Part shown: positions 33,745 through 47,270 of the stretch, in pieces
How positions within the stretch are numbered: position 1 is the first letter of the stretch
Layout: every line of letters begins with the position of its first letter
DNA from: the human T2T-CHM13v2.0 reference genome, Homo sapiens
Reading direction: 5' to 3' (one strand)
Assembly: GCF_009914755.1 (NCBI RefSeq)
Contig: NC_060942.1
Length of the DNA: 64,000 nt
Made by a program: the position numbers and the translations under genes
The notes under the pieces: generated by a model
Seen by the model: the letters and a program-made list of their open reading frames with translations, nothing else
Database searches by the model: none
Told to the model about the DNA's origin: nothing

Positions 33745-35391
33745 CTTGACTGTGCTAACCAGGTCCCTACTTGGTTCTAGGTACAGCTTGCCTTTTGCCA
33801 ACACTGGCCTTCCTGGGGCAGCCTTCGTCTGTGTAGCTGCAGACTGTCTGTGATTCTGTCATCCACCTCGTCCTGGTGACCCAGACTTCCACTTAGCCAA
33901 GGTTCCTGCCAGACCCAGATTTCTATAGGTACAAACTCATTTGCTATCACTGCTGCCCTCGCAAGTATTTGAAGGAAGTAATGCGAAGCTTTGACACTGT
34001 TGAGCCCGCAGCCCAGAAGCGTCTGTTAGGTTAAGTGGTGCAGGTCAGACAGAACTGGGGCTGGGGTGGCGCACCTTCTCTCCCTTCTCTACTCATCCAC
34101 TTTCAGTGCGTCTTAATTCAGCCTGTTTCTTTGACCACCCCTCTCCCTTTCTTGATGCCACTGTGATTGCCTAAGCTAATCTAAATATTGCTTTCATCTT
34201 TCTTCAGTCTCTCCTTGTGGGTATTTTACTGCTGATGAAAAATTATCTTATTTGTGGCCAACATATCTTCACAATGAAAAGGTGAAAAACACAACTTGAA
34301 CACAGAATAATCCCTGCACCAAGCTTATCTCAGGGTTGCAACCACTCACTCTCAACAGTAGTGAAGCACTATTTTGGCTCCATTTGTCTGTTTCATTTCC
34401 CCACATGCTAATCTGATTTATTCCCTGTTTATAGTAAGATTTCTGATATTTACCAGAGAAAGAGAGAACACTACATCGAAACCCAGAAATTCTGTACCAC
34501 TCTCAATATACTTCATTTATCCTAATTTTTAGTGGGATTTCATGTCTAAGGAAGTCTTTTGTCTTATTTCTGTATCTTGCACCATAGTCCGATGCTGGCT
34601 GTATAATGCATATTTTTCAAGAATAACCATGGATCTAAAGACGTTAATTTCTAGTGTGTATTTTTCTTCACGTTCCTTTGTCTGTTTCTCCATTCCAAGC
34701 CACCTGCTTTAAGCTTCATCAAAATCAATCCCCCAAAAAACATAAATTCTAAAATTCCATAAATCAGTCTGAAATGATGAGAGGAAATGACCATGTGTCA
34801 TAAGAAGTATTAAATGAAGATATCTCAGCCTATTCAAAGGGGACAGTGTAATCACTGTCTAACTGACAAGGAATTTAAGTGTTGACAGTGATAGGCTGGT
34901 CACATGTAATACTAGAGAATAGTTACTAAACTACTGAACTCAGACATGTTCTCTTAGTCTGATGAGGTAGCATCTATTTATTATGATGTTCACAATCCTG
35001 AAAATATATTTTAGGGTAGAAATAGAAAGGCCAATTTAAATATTTAGATAATTTTCAAGCTCGGAAATTAATCATTATGTAATTACTGATTTTTCCAAAT
35101 GTTTAACCAATTTCTCCCCACTCATTTAAATTACATTTTTGATTTCTAAAGAGGGAAAAATCTGTTAAACTTTTTAAGCTTATGATGTTCACTAGTGATG
35201 TTAAAGAGACAGCAAATAGTTGACCTAAAGAGACAAGTTGACAGAGAAGACAAATGAATAAACTATGGCTAACCCCAAATCCAACACAGCATCAGCTTCC
35301 TAGGAGCAGGTAATCAGCCCCCTCATGCCTACATGGGGCTTCTTAAGGTGGATGTGCACTGGCCACTATTTCTACTTGCAACTGGACACCC

Positions 35392-35606
35392 TAAAGCTAC
35401 ACCATCCAACGTAACAGCCACTGCCCATATGTGGCTATTTCCACTTAAATTCATTAAACTCAACTGAAATGAAGACTCCAGGTCCTCAGCCTCACTAGCC
35501 ACACTTCAAGTGCCCAACAGCCACATGCAGCGAGTGGCCAATGTACTGGAGAGAACAGAGAGATGCCATGTCCGTCACTGCAGGAAGTTCTGCTGGACAG
35601 CACTGG
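35392..35606. mobile_element. MER3 (hAT-Charlie)
   Basis: cagccactgcccatatgtggctattt...ctagccacacttcaagtgcccaacagccacatg...aagttctgctggacagcactg. Confidence 0.8.
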
Positions 35607-37829
35607 CCTAGGCAATGGGATTACTGTATAGAGACCACCAGTAGTACATATAAGTAGAATTTACTGCCTGGACAAGTGGGTGAAAAGCTAAAAGCTAAGA
35701 TCCTAAGCCCTATTGCCATGAGACGGGAAGAAAGGCAGGATCCAGGGCAGGAAGCAGCTATGCTATCCACAGCTCCGGGCAGAAGGGGAAATCTGAAGGG
35801 TAAGGGAGAAAGATAGCTTTGGGGGTCAGAAAGAGACCTCTATGACCTTGTTCTTGAATAAATGTAGTTTACGGAGGCAGCTGAAATGAAAAAACTCAAA
35901 TGAGCTTAAACACAAAGAAGTAATGTTGTAGCACAAAATTTGCTTACGGGTGATAGCAGAGAATTATAAAAAATGATCAGAGCAGAGTATAAATCTCTGG
36001 GCTCTCACTGCAATACCCAGGGCCCAAGGGCAGTGAAAGAGCTCTGGAAGTGTCCTACAGAAAGCTGTCAGGCAGGACAGGCAGGAATGCCAGCCCAGTG
36101 ATGGACAACACCCCTGGAAGGAGGAAGCTGCCAGCAGAAGCCACTGATGGAAGCTCAGTGACAACAAGGAGTGGTAAAGAAGAGGGGTTAAGGGATATAT
36201 TCACAGAGGCCACTACTGCAAATTTCCTGAAGGCAGCAGCAAAGCACAGGGGTGCAAACCTGTTTCTTCATTTTGGAATCTTAGGTGCAAATGAGAAATA
36301 ATCACTGTGGGACACAGTGAATAAGAAGATGCAATTATATTTTGTATATCAATTTGGGGCTTTGGGATTTTTCATGTATTAAAATACACCATGCTCGTAC
36401 ACTGATAAGCACACACTAGAGTCATTGTGGGCACACGCTGTAGGAGGAACTCTCCTAGCTGGCCAGGAAGCAGAGAGATTAACTTGGTTCTCCAGGTGCC
36501 TTAAGCCAAGTGAAGTAGGCCACACTCAAAAAACAATCTGAATCCTTCATGCTACCGGCAGTTTTTGCCATTAGAATTACATTTATTTTAAGAGAAGGAG
36601 GTTATTATTACCGGAAAATCACTAGCAAACATTACTGTTCAGAATTCCAGCCATTTATTATCCATTATCTATCCATTACTACTCCACAGTCCCACTGTTT
36701 GTCATATGTTATTAGTATAATGGCCTCATAATGGGCTATGCTTCTTTGACACTATTACAATTCTGCCATGGTTCACTCTGTCAATATTTCAAGGGAGGAA
36801 GCATCATATAAAATAATACATGATTTAAATTATTCAAATATTATGTAATTCTCACCCATGCTTAAAGTAAGCATATTGCTTCTTAAAGGTATATTCATAA
36901 TAGAGAAACACCAATGAATTCAATTTTCTATGTGATGTTAGAAATAGCTCCTCTTTTAAGAAATATGTAGGGAGTGTTTAGTTAATGCCAAAGGCTAGTG
37001 CACATTTGTTTTGCATAAGGAATAAATAATCCTTAATAAACAGTAATTTGCACCAATAAATAACCTATCAGTACACTCTTATTTACAACTCACATTCATT
37101 CCTTTCTCCATTCATTTGGCAAATATTTATTGAGTACCCATGAAATGCCAGGTGCTATTCCATAGGCACTAGGGATATCAAGAGTACTCGGGTAATCAAG
37201 GGATAAAAATGCTCCTTCCACTAACTTACATTCTAGAGGCAAAACAAAGTATAAATAAATAAAACAAATATATAATCTAATGTCAGATAACCATAAATAC
37301 CTATGATGAAAACTAAATTCATGTAAGAAGACAGTGAATTGCTTCAATATTAGCAGGAATAATTCTCCCACTGCAACAAGTAGAAACTCCAAGTGTACAC
37401 GTTCAGACACGGATTAAGAGGTGGGTTTGGTCATGGGAATATCGGCAATTTTACCATGAGTTTCTCCTTTCCCAGTGAACGAGAGGGAAGATCATGAGAA
37501 GAGAATGAGGAGAAGGCTGTGAGGAGCGAGGGTGTGTGAAACAGTTCTCTTGGAGAACAAGAACATGAAATGATCAGAATGCCAGGAATGGGCTTAGGGC
37601 TGTCTTGGACATTTGTAGAGAAAAATTTGAAGGCAAATCTCTCAGAATGGCTCTCTGTGTTTCTCTAGCCACAAGATTAAATTTTGGCTCACTCGGAAAT
37701 TTATAATCAGGCAATTATGTGAGAATAGACAAAAATTACATTCCCAATGAAGTAAGGGATTACAGAGAGACTCAAAGAGAAGGAAAAGACAACCAATTTG
37801 GAAAGAAAAATGCAAATTTATATTCAACA

Positions 37830-38004
37830 TGATAGAGTGTGCAACAACCTGACTTAATCATTACACATTCTATGCTTGAGACAAAATTTCACATAAAATT
37901 GCACCCCATAAATATGTACAAATATTGCATAAATATAAATACCCCATAAATATGTACAAAATTGCACCCCATAAATATGTACAAATATAATGTATCCCAA
38001 AAAA
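37830..38004 (+). mobile_element. L1MA 3' terminal fragment with triplicated accccataaatatgtacaaa
   Basis: ctgacttaatcattacacattctatg...caccccataaatatgtacaaatataatgtatc. Confidence 0.75.
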
Positions 38005-38020
38005 GTGTGGAATAAGATAG

Positions 38021-38415
38021 TGTTAAGTTAGGTTGAGTCTAAAGCTGCCTCCTTACATATTTTATGTCCAGCCTAAAGGTTTCTCTGTACACAGTGAAGT
38101 GCAACTAATTGGATATGTAAACAGACTGTAACCTACTCTTGTGCCAGTCACCAACTTTCAGCCAGTCAAAGGCAGACAACTGTTCACACCACATTCAAAT
38201 AAGGCAAACACAGAGCTGCAACCAATCCAGCTGTTTCTGTACCTCCCTTCCCTTTTCTGCACATCACTTTCCATCTTCTGTCCGTAAATCATCTCTGACC
38301 ATGTGGCAGCACAGAGTCACCCTGAACTTCTTCTGGTTCTAGGGCTACCCGATTTGTGAATCATTCTTCATTCAAGCAAACTCTGTTAAATTTGTTTAAA
38401 GTTTGTCTTTGAACA
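38021..38415 (+). mobile_element. MER57-family (ERV1) solo LTR
   Basis: TG...CA termini, tgttaagttagg...taaagctgcctccttacatatttta...cctaaaggtttctc. 4-bp TSD atag/acag with one mismatch. Confidence 0.8.
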
Positions 38416-39799
38416 ACAGGTTGGAGGAGTAAGTCAGGACTTGATTATGCAGGATCTAGTAGGACACACTGAAGAGCTGATTCTTTTTTACCTAAATGCA
38501 ATGAGATGTCATGGAAGAATGTATGCAAGGGAGTCATGTGGTCCAGTCCATATGTTTAAGATCACTTTGGCATCTTTGGGTAGCGAAGATTGAGAGGGTC
38601 TGCAGCAGGTGCAGAGAAACAAGCTAGGAGGTGTCTTCAGTGGTCCAGGTGAGATATGCTGCTGGCTTTTATTAGGGTGGCAATCAAGGGGACTGCAGTC
38701 ATAGGAATGGAGAGAGGTAAGGAGACTAGGAATATATTGTCTGGAGTTAGTGTCCATTGACTACGGCGGTTGACCATGTGTGGTAACTCTGAGATGGGTA
38801 GACTGTAAGAATGACTCCCAGGTTTCTGTTTTAAGCAATTTGGTAGATCAGGCTACCGTTTACTAAGCTGAGGATGCCTAGGGAAGAAAAAGGTTTGTGT
38901 ATTGAGGAGTTCAGTCCAGGAAAAATTAACGTAGACATACAAAAGATGTCAAAAGTACCAGTTACATACCTAACCCTGGAGCTCTGGGAGAGGTCACAGC
39001 AGTAGATACAATTTTTAAAGTTATTGGAAAATATAAAGTGCTGAAAACCAAGGGAATGGATGACCTCACTTAAGAGAGAGAACTGAGCAGACATTCTCAG
39101 CCCAGGCATGTATTAAAATCACCTGGGAGAGCTGTACCAAATGCTGATGCCTGCTGGGCACTTCATGCAGTCAGGCTTGAGCACACAGCATAGAGAAGAA
39201 ACAACAAAAGGCCCAGGACCAATGCCTTGGCCAGTGCCAGTCTTCAGAGGTTAAGAAAAGCAGAGAAGCCAACAACAGGACTCAAAAGGAACAATGAGGT
39301 CGAAGAAAACAAGTAAACATAATGGCACAGAATGTATGATAATAATTACTACCCCAGTTCCCTCCACAAAAAAACAGGCTAGATAGGGAAACGCTGATTG
39401 AGGTAGGATAGCCGACTCCTCCCACATCATCCAGCCCAGCTCTCTAACATAGAGCCTCACATTCCAGCCCAAAGCAGGGAGTATACATTTCAAGCTTACC
39501 TGAAGTTTATTCCAAAATTAGGGTGTAATTGGCTCATAAAGTTGACTAGACTTCCTTTACTTACAACACTGTTGAGGTGGAAGGACTTTCCAGAGAACCT
39601 TATAACAGTATTGAGTTGGGAGAGCCTGATGTCTGCTGAATTCAGAGCCAAAAGAAGCCACTCATACCTGACTCACTGTGGAGGGCAGCAAAACCTACCA
39701 CCCTCCTTGGTTAACGTGGAGAAAGGTATTACAAACCAGGGAAAAGAACAGCCAGTCCCTCCTGCCCTAGGAGCAAACAGGTATTCCTTGCTCCTGTTT

Positions 39800-39955
39800 A
39801 AGAACAGGCATTGCAAACTTCAGTGCACATACAAACCAGGTGGGATCTCGTTAAAACACAGATTCTGATTCTGGGAATCTGGGGTGCTGACCCAGATTCT
39901 ACGTTTCTAACCAGCTCCCAGGTGATGCAGACACTACATTCTGCTGCTCTTGACT
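39800..39955. mobile_element. MER5-family fragment
   Basis: gttaaaacacagattctgattc...gtttctaaccagctcccaggtgatgc. Confidence 0.7.
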
Positions 39956-41102
39956 GGGAAGTCTCTAGAGAGCCCTACCTGTACCAAGCCTTTCCAAGGC
40001 CACATTCAGCTCTGGAATGAAGCCTCAGCTGCCACATGGCTGCCCTAAGCCTGGGCATGAAATCTGCCTGAACACCTTCTGCCGTGCCCGTTTAGGGTGT
40101 GTGCCCAGCCTGCCTCATGTCACCACCTGTTCCTGGGACTGGCATGCTGCCCAGCCTGCTCCTCGGGGCCCCAGCTTTGGTTCAGCTTTGATCCATCCCC
40201 TCAGTTTGGTCCAACAACCCTGAAACACCACTCCATCCTCTGTGTTTACAGGATCTACACACCTCCTTTTTTCTATTGCCACACCCCTTGGGGTTGGAGG
40301 AAGACACTTCCCCATGAATATGGCCTGGTCCTATTGTTTCCATGGCCTAGCACTGGCCGTGCCAAGAACTCAAGGACACACACAGGACTCTAGATGGAGT
40401 CCTGGGCTGGAGAAGTTGGGAATGAGTCTTTACCAAGTAGCAGGAGGAAAAGAAAAAGCTCTGTGGCTACTGCTTGGGCTGGGGCCCCCACCCCTTCTCC
40501 CACAGCTGAGCCCTGATGGCTCCAGCAGCCGTGTAACTCCCCATGATTCCTCTGGTCACAATCCAAATAAAGATCTTGCATATACCACCTGACAAAGGGG
40601 CTTTCCATAGTTTTAAAAGAAAAAAACATATATGTGCATCCATATATACATGCATGTATACATAGATACACATTAAAACAAATTAAACCCAAAGTCTCTT
40701 TTGTCTCTACATGATAGTAAATAAAAGCATTTGGTGTTTGGAAATGCAAATAAAACAAGGCATGTTATATACTTTTTCTAAGAGGAGAAAAACTGTTCTT
40801 GAGAAGCCATCTGCCCCTCAGCATCTTTGAGCACAATGCTCCCTGCATTTGCAATGGCTTTTACAGTACTTGAGGGTTTGTGCCCTGCACTATTACACTG
40901 AACTGTCACACTATCCTTGCTCTCCAGCTAGATGGTCAGGGCAGGTTCCAGGTATGCATCATATCCATAGGGCCCACAGCTCCTGGGATGGTCTCTTTCT
41001 TCTACCTTAGCAGTGTTCAGTAAAGGAAAGCTGTTGATTACACAGTAGACCTCATCTCTTCTACTCCTTTTTACTGAATATTTTACTTTTATGTAAAACA
41101 AT

Positions 41103-41681
41103 TGCATAAGGCAGAATAATAGGCTCCCAAAGATGTCGAAATTCTAATCCCTGAAAGCTGTGAATAGGTCCCGTAACATGGCAAGGCAGATTTTTGCAAG
41201 AGTGGTCAAGTTAAGGATCTTGAGACGAGGGATCGTCCTGGATTATTCAGCGAGCTCAAAGAAATTACTACAGTGCTGAGAAGAGGAAAATAGGAGTGTC
41301 AGAGGCAGAGGTTTGAAGGTGCTACGCTGCTGGCTTTGAATATGGATGGAGAAAGGGGCCAGAAGCCAAGGAGTAAAGGTGGCCTCTAGAAGACAGAAAA
41401 GACAAGGAAACAGATTCTTCTCCAGAGCTTCCAGAAGGAACCAGCCTTGCGGACACCTTCATTTTAGACCAGTGACACTTCTGACCTAGAGAAATGTAAC
41501 ATAGTAAATTTGTGGTGTTTTTATTTTTGTTTTTTATTTTATTTAAGTTCTGGGATACATGTATATAACATGAATGTTTGTTGCATAGGTATACATGTGC
41601 CATGGTGGTTTGTTGCACCTATCAACCTGTCACCACCACATTTGTAGTAACTTGTTAAAGTAGTAATAGGAAAGTAAAACA
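41103..41681 (+). mobile_element. MLT1D-like solo LTR containing a ~115-bp antisense L1PA7/8 3' tip (41518-41633)
   Basis: aggcagaataataggctcccaaagatgtc...ccagaaggaaccagccttgcggacacctt. L1 tip ttaagttctgggatacatgt...gcacctatcaacc. Confidence 0.85.
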
Positions 41682-43097
41682 ACTACATTCTGGAAATATA
41701 TTAATCTTGTATAAAAATCTACTCATCCTCTTCTCAAAGACAACTCTCCTTCCCCTGAGTCCATCATCCTTTCTTATATCACAAGAAATGGCATAGATTT
41801 TGGAAGAAGGAATGGGGGAGAATGTGGTCACCATCTTGCTTCGTTAGTCCATTATTCACTTATTTATTTTTGAAAGATATTCTTCCAGTGGTTAAAAATA
41901 GAGTGCCTACAAAGCAGGATGTGAGCAAAAGAGACGATGTTTGGCATAATTAGCTAAGTATCAGTATTAGTAAGGGCATTTGGAATGTCAGAACTGCAGC
42001 TGGTCAGAAATAGTACACTTCTGTTCAGGAAAATGGCAGAGAATGTGTATGTCTCCTCCAAAGCTAAGACAAATTCCACAGACTCTTGTTTTCTCTGAAG
42101 GAATAGAGTGAGTACATATTGCACATTCTGACTGAAGGTCTGGGAAATGAGGAGGCTTCATTATCACAGCAGGTCAGAGGTCTTATACTTTTTGAGCAAA
42201 TATAAAGCTTTGAATGAAGGGCCAAGAGTATGCAGAACGAAGAATCTGCTTTATCAAGAACTGTTAGTCTAAAATAAGGTCCTTACTCAAAGGTCCATTA
42301 ACCCTTGAAACACAAATATAATCCTGTATTGGTGTACACTTATATGTGCATTTTGCATTGGAGCTATCTGTAGCATCCCTCAGACACTCAAAGAAATGTA
42401 TATCCCTAAAAAAGAAGAGTTAAGAACAACTAGTGCTACATCATCATCTTTTATTTAAGAAGTTTCTACACAGTGTTGTGCATAGAAAACTGTGAAACAT
42501 TCTATTTCTATTCTATCTGGCTCATGACTGAGCTGATGTCTCTAGCCAAATAATCATGTCAGGATCTCACTAGATCTCGCAGGTCAGGCTGGTAAGATGG
42601 GTACAGGGTGGGGGAGTTATCCAGGGAGTTCTAGAGTAGGCGCCAATTCATCACCAAGGCCACATGTTTCCGTAGTGCTGCTCGGCCCGTGTTTCCGTTA
42701 TTGGTATGCTGACTTTAATAAAAATGTGAAAGGTAAGTCCCTACTACAGTTCTTGGAGAATACAAATACAGTGAGAGACTATACATCCTTTCAGGGGCTT
42801 GGCTACTTTCACACTGAAAACCAAATAAAAAGAGGGTTATCAACTGATAGGAGAAAAAAATATGTATTTCTTTTAAATCTAGAAGCTGTTGATTACATGG
42901 TAGCCCGCATTTCTTCTACCTTTTTTTACTTAATAGCTAAAATTGATCTAAAACTAGATTGAAAAGTAAATATAGATGTGATTTGGTCCAAAAATCAGAT
43001 ATTGGAAAAAATAAGACAAGGATACAAAACTATTTATACTAAAGGTAACAACTAATAAATTCATCTAATAGTCTAACCAGTACAGTATCTCTTAAGA

Positions 43098-43405
43098 CAG
43101 GGGTTGGCAGATTACAGCCCACAGGCCAAAAAGACCCTTATTACCACCTGTTTCTGTGAGTCCCATGAGCTAAAAATGTTTTTTACATTTCTGAATGGCT
43201 GGGGAGAAAGTCAAGAGAAGATTGTTTCATGACATGTGAAAAGTATGTGTGATGCAAATTTCAGAGTCATTTATTTGTTTATATATTGTCTCTGGCTGTT
43301 TTTGTGATGAACAGCAGAGTCGAGCAGTTACTGCAGAGACCACATGGCCCACAAAGCCTGAAATATTTACTCTCTGGCTCCTTACAAAAAAGGCACTGCC
43401 ACCTG
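43098..43405. mobile_element. MER58B (hAT-Charlie)
   Basis: caggggttggca...cacatggcccacaaagcctgaaatatttactctctggctccttaca. Confidence 0.85.
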
Positions 43406-43565
43406 GTTTAAGAGCTCAGGCTGAAGAACCAGGCCAACTGGTTCCCACCTGGCTCTACCACTTATAAGCTGTGCAACCTTGGCCAAGTCTTTTAAGCTTT
43501 CTGCGCCTATTTCCTTACATATGCTACTTTATTGGGTTGCTGTGAAGAATAAGAGTAAGAAAATG
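43405..43565 (+). mobile_element. MIR
   Basis: ggtttaagagctcaggct...ctggctctaccacttataagctgtgcaaccttggccaagt. Confidence 0.75.
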
Positions 43566-43935
43566 GGAAGCAAGGACACAGCAGCATGGGGGTTTGAGTG
43601 AGCCAGCTCTAGTACTGTCACTGCTCTTCTTCATTTTACCTGGAATTAACTGAGGCACGTTCACCTGGTTGAGCACTCTCTCTGCTTCAACTTTTCTGGA
43701 ATTCATGGCTGACACTAATTTATAGTTTTACCTACTCAAAAAATCATCTTTTCATTGATGGGTCATAACACTTCTGAAAATTGTCCCAGTCTCCTTCCCA
43801 AATGAAGACAGCCATCAATCACTGTGACACTGTGATGACCATTAATTACAAGCTTAGCTCAAAGGACATATATTTTTAATGTTGGTATCTTGCTCTATCC
43901 TCGTATTTCAAAGCCCTTTTCAAAAATGCATCCCA

Positions 43936-44231
43936 GGCCAGGTGCGACGTCTCACACCTATAATCCCAGAACTTTGGGAGCCGAGGCAGGTGGATCACTT
44001 CAGCTCAGGAGTTCAAGACCAGCCTGGGCAACACTGCAAACCCCCATCTCCGCAAAGAAAAAAAAAATTAACAAAAATTAGCTAGGTGTGGTGGCGCACA
44101 CTGTAGTCTCAGCTACTCAGGAGGCTGAGGTGTGAGAATTGTGTGAGCCCATGGAGGTCAAGGCTGCGGCAGGCCATGATTGTGCCACTGCACTTTAGCC
44201 TAGGCGACAAAACAAGACCCTGTCTAAAAAA

Positions 44232-44273
<42 letters not shown>
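43936..44273 (+). mobile_element. AluJ with (TAAA)n tail
   Basis: Dimer, TSD aatgcat(c/t)cca. Confidence 0.92.
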
Positions 44274-44275
<2 letters not shown>

Positions 44276-45559
44276 GCATTCCAGTTAGATAGAGGTCAGG
44301 TGGCTTTCTGGAAGCACAGGCAACCCTTAGTAAAGTGAACATCACTAACTCATATCTGGACTTTTGTTTTGCATTAATACTCCTGCAGGTTTTTCTCAAA
44401 CAAGAGCTTTTGAACTTATTGGTCTGACATAAAACCCAAAATAGTTTCTAGTTACATAACTAGACAGCCATAACAATTTCTCTTGGTCATGATGCTCTAA
44501 TTTCATTGTGAAATGCCACAAATATGTCCAGTTAATGCATTAAATAGGAAAAGACTTGTTGAAGAGACTCAATTTATTAATGATTCAGTAGAACTTATTA
44601 AAGCATCTATTTGAAATTCATTTATAATTCATTTCACAGCTTAGCTGCATTTCCCACAGGGCAAATATTTATCAAATGTTACTCTGTTTTAAGTCCTTCC
44701 TTTATCTTTATTTGTAGAATACTTTTTCCCACAAATAATGGCTAAACTTCCTAAAAGCATCCACCCATCTACTGTAATTTAATGTGCATTTTCTGATAAG
44801 GCAACAGTAATGGGCTTTCAGATATAACAGCACACACTGTACAACCAAACAAAAGAATAATTATTAAACATAATAGCTGGCTATAAATTGAACAAGATAC
44901 ACTGAGTACATCATAAACGCTTATTAGAGAGCAACCATCATAATTAATAAACCTAGCATCTTAAAACCCTGCCATGGCATGAAAAACTTCACCACTCAAC
45001 TGCCAATGAACCACATATCACCAAATGAATATTTTCAGTATAAAAATCAGAAAATCTGACCTGACTAGTTTAAGTGGATTTATGAGGGTGAGCGAGTAGA
45101 GGATCTTGGATGAGGCTGCTCATGGTCCTATCCCCCAGCACTGACCATGTATGATCTCCAATTCCAATGGCTTATCACAGCTACAGGGCAATTGCGAAAA
45201 CATAGAGAATACTGGCTTCTGAATAGAAACATGGATATCTTTGAAATCTTCATCAAATTACTTAAGTTCTCCATCCCAACTGCACAGCAAAAATAACATC
45301 TACCTAAAAGAGTTGATGTGAAGCCAAAAATGTGATATATAACATACTTGCTAAGTGTCCACTCTACTATTACTACTTCTATTACTTCTGATACTTGCAC
45401 TGCTACATCCACTACTGTTACTACTTCTACTATTACAAACACTGGGCAAGGTATTTCATCCCAATTCTCTTAGCCGGGATATTATTACTGAGCACATATA
45501 AATAATGATAATCCTGATTTCTTTAGACCCGAAGCCCATAAGGCCCACTAAACTGGCAA

Positions 45560-46265
45560 AAAAAAAAAAAAAGCCAAAACAAAACAAAACAAAAACCAGA
45601 CAATAACAGGTGGCAGTGAAGATGTGGAGAAATTGGAGTCCTCATATACCGCTAATGGGAAAGTAAAACAGTGCAGCCACTTCAGAAAACATTTTGGCTT
45701 TTCCTCAAAATCTGAAATATAGAGTTATCATATGACCCAGCAATTCCACTCGTAGTTATATATCCAAAAGAAATGAAAACATACGTCCACACAAAAACAT
45801 ATGTAAATGTTTATCCCAGCAATAATCAAAATAGCCCAAAATAAACAACCCAAATGTCCATCAACTGATAAGGAGATAAATAAAATGTGGTATATCCATA
45901 CAATGGCTATTATTCAGAAATAAAAAGGAATGAAGTACTGATATTTACTACAGTATGGATGAACCTTGAAAACATTATGCCAGGTGAAAGAAGCCAATCA
46001 AAAGATCACATATTATAGGATTCTGTTTATATTAATTGCCCAGACTAGACAAATCCATAGACACTATGGAAAGTAGATTAGTGACTACCAGGGGCTTGGT
46101 TGGGTAGAAGGAGGGTAGAATGAGGTGGCTGCTAATGGGTACAAGGTTGCTTTCTAGGGTGATGAAAATGTTTAAATTTAGTGGTGATGGTTGCACAACT
46201 TTGTGAATATACTCAAGACCACTGAATTTTAAGGTACGTGAATTGTATCTCAAAAAAGGTATAAT
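45560..46265 (+). mobile_element. L1MB 3' fragment
   Basis: catatgacccagcaattccactc...aaacaacccaaatgtccatcaactgat...gtgaatatactcaagaccactgaa. Confidence 0.85.
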
Positions 46266-46539
46266 AAAAATAGAACTAATAAAATACATAAGGCCAACTA
46301 CATATTTGGGGAGTGGCAGAAGGAAATGAAGTTGTCTTTAGTGGATCTGCTGCGCTCTGTCAAGAACTGCCAGTACCACACAGGACCCTCCAGGTAGGAC
46401 AGACAATGTGGGCTTGGGCACAAGCGACAAAGTGAGTGGGGTCATGGGCAGTCACAACTCCTCATCCTACACATCTGCTCTCCCACTAGGAAGTGAGTTA
46501 TTTAGGATAAAAATTAGAACACAGAGTAGGAAGAGTAGG

Positions 46540-46770
46540 AATGCTATAAGCTCTAGAGTTGAAAACATCTGTTTGGAAGCTGGGGTTTAAAACCCTGTTC
46601 CCATATATACTATCTTGTGACCTTGGACCAATTACTTAATCTCTGTGGTTTCAGTTTCTTCATCTACATAACGGGTATAACAACAGTACCTTATTTCACA
46701 TGGTTGCAGGAAGATATGTTAACTCATGTAAAGCCCTTAGAACAGTGTGTGACAAAGACTAAGTGCCATG
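46540..46770 (+). mobile_element. MIR
   Basis: tgtgaccttggaccaattacttaatctctgtggtttcagtttcttcatctaca. Confidence 0.8.
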
Positions 46771-47059
46771 ACCACCATAGGCATTGTTGAAAATGTAGTT
46801 CTCATTGTTAGAACAGGCTGACTCTGCTCTCACAAACACAGGCATGCAGCACAGTAACATCTGTTCCTGTTAACATTCCCCATGTAATTCCAATCAAACT
46901 TCCTGCTTTTTGAACCAAGGAGTGTAGGCTTGTTCTTTGTCCATCTACTGATGACAATTGCTTCCTTGAGGTCCCTTCATTAATACAGAAAATAAATACA
47001 CCCAGGGAGGGCAGCACAGGGTACTTGTATCAACTAATTACAGCAGCAGCTACTGCTGA

Positions 47060-47270
47060 AGTACCTATAATATAAAGAGCCAGGTAGAGTTTCAGGAATT
47101 TTCCATACATGACCTCATTGAATTTTCACAACAAGCCTGTGAGGCAGGTATTGTTGACGCCATCACTTTACAGATAAGGAAAGTTCAAATATGTTGAGTA
47201 ACTTCACCAAGTTACCACACAGTCAAATAAGTCAGTGCTGGAATTTGAACCCAGATCAGTCTTGTCCGAG
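47060..47270 (-). mobile_element. MIR
   Basis: cacaacaagcctgtgaggcaggta...ttttacagataaggaaa...ggaatttgaacccagat. Confidence 0.75.

Larger units (their letters stand above)
37095..39350 (-). mobile_element. L2 remnants interrupted by L1MA tail and MER57
   Basis: L2a 3' end cattcatttggcaaatatttattgagtacc. L2-like body resumes after 38416. Confidence 0.65.
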
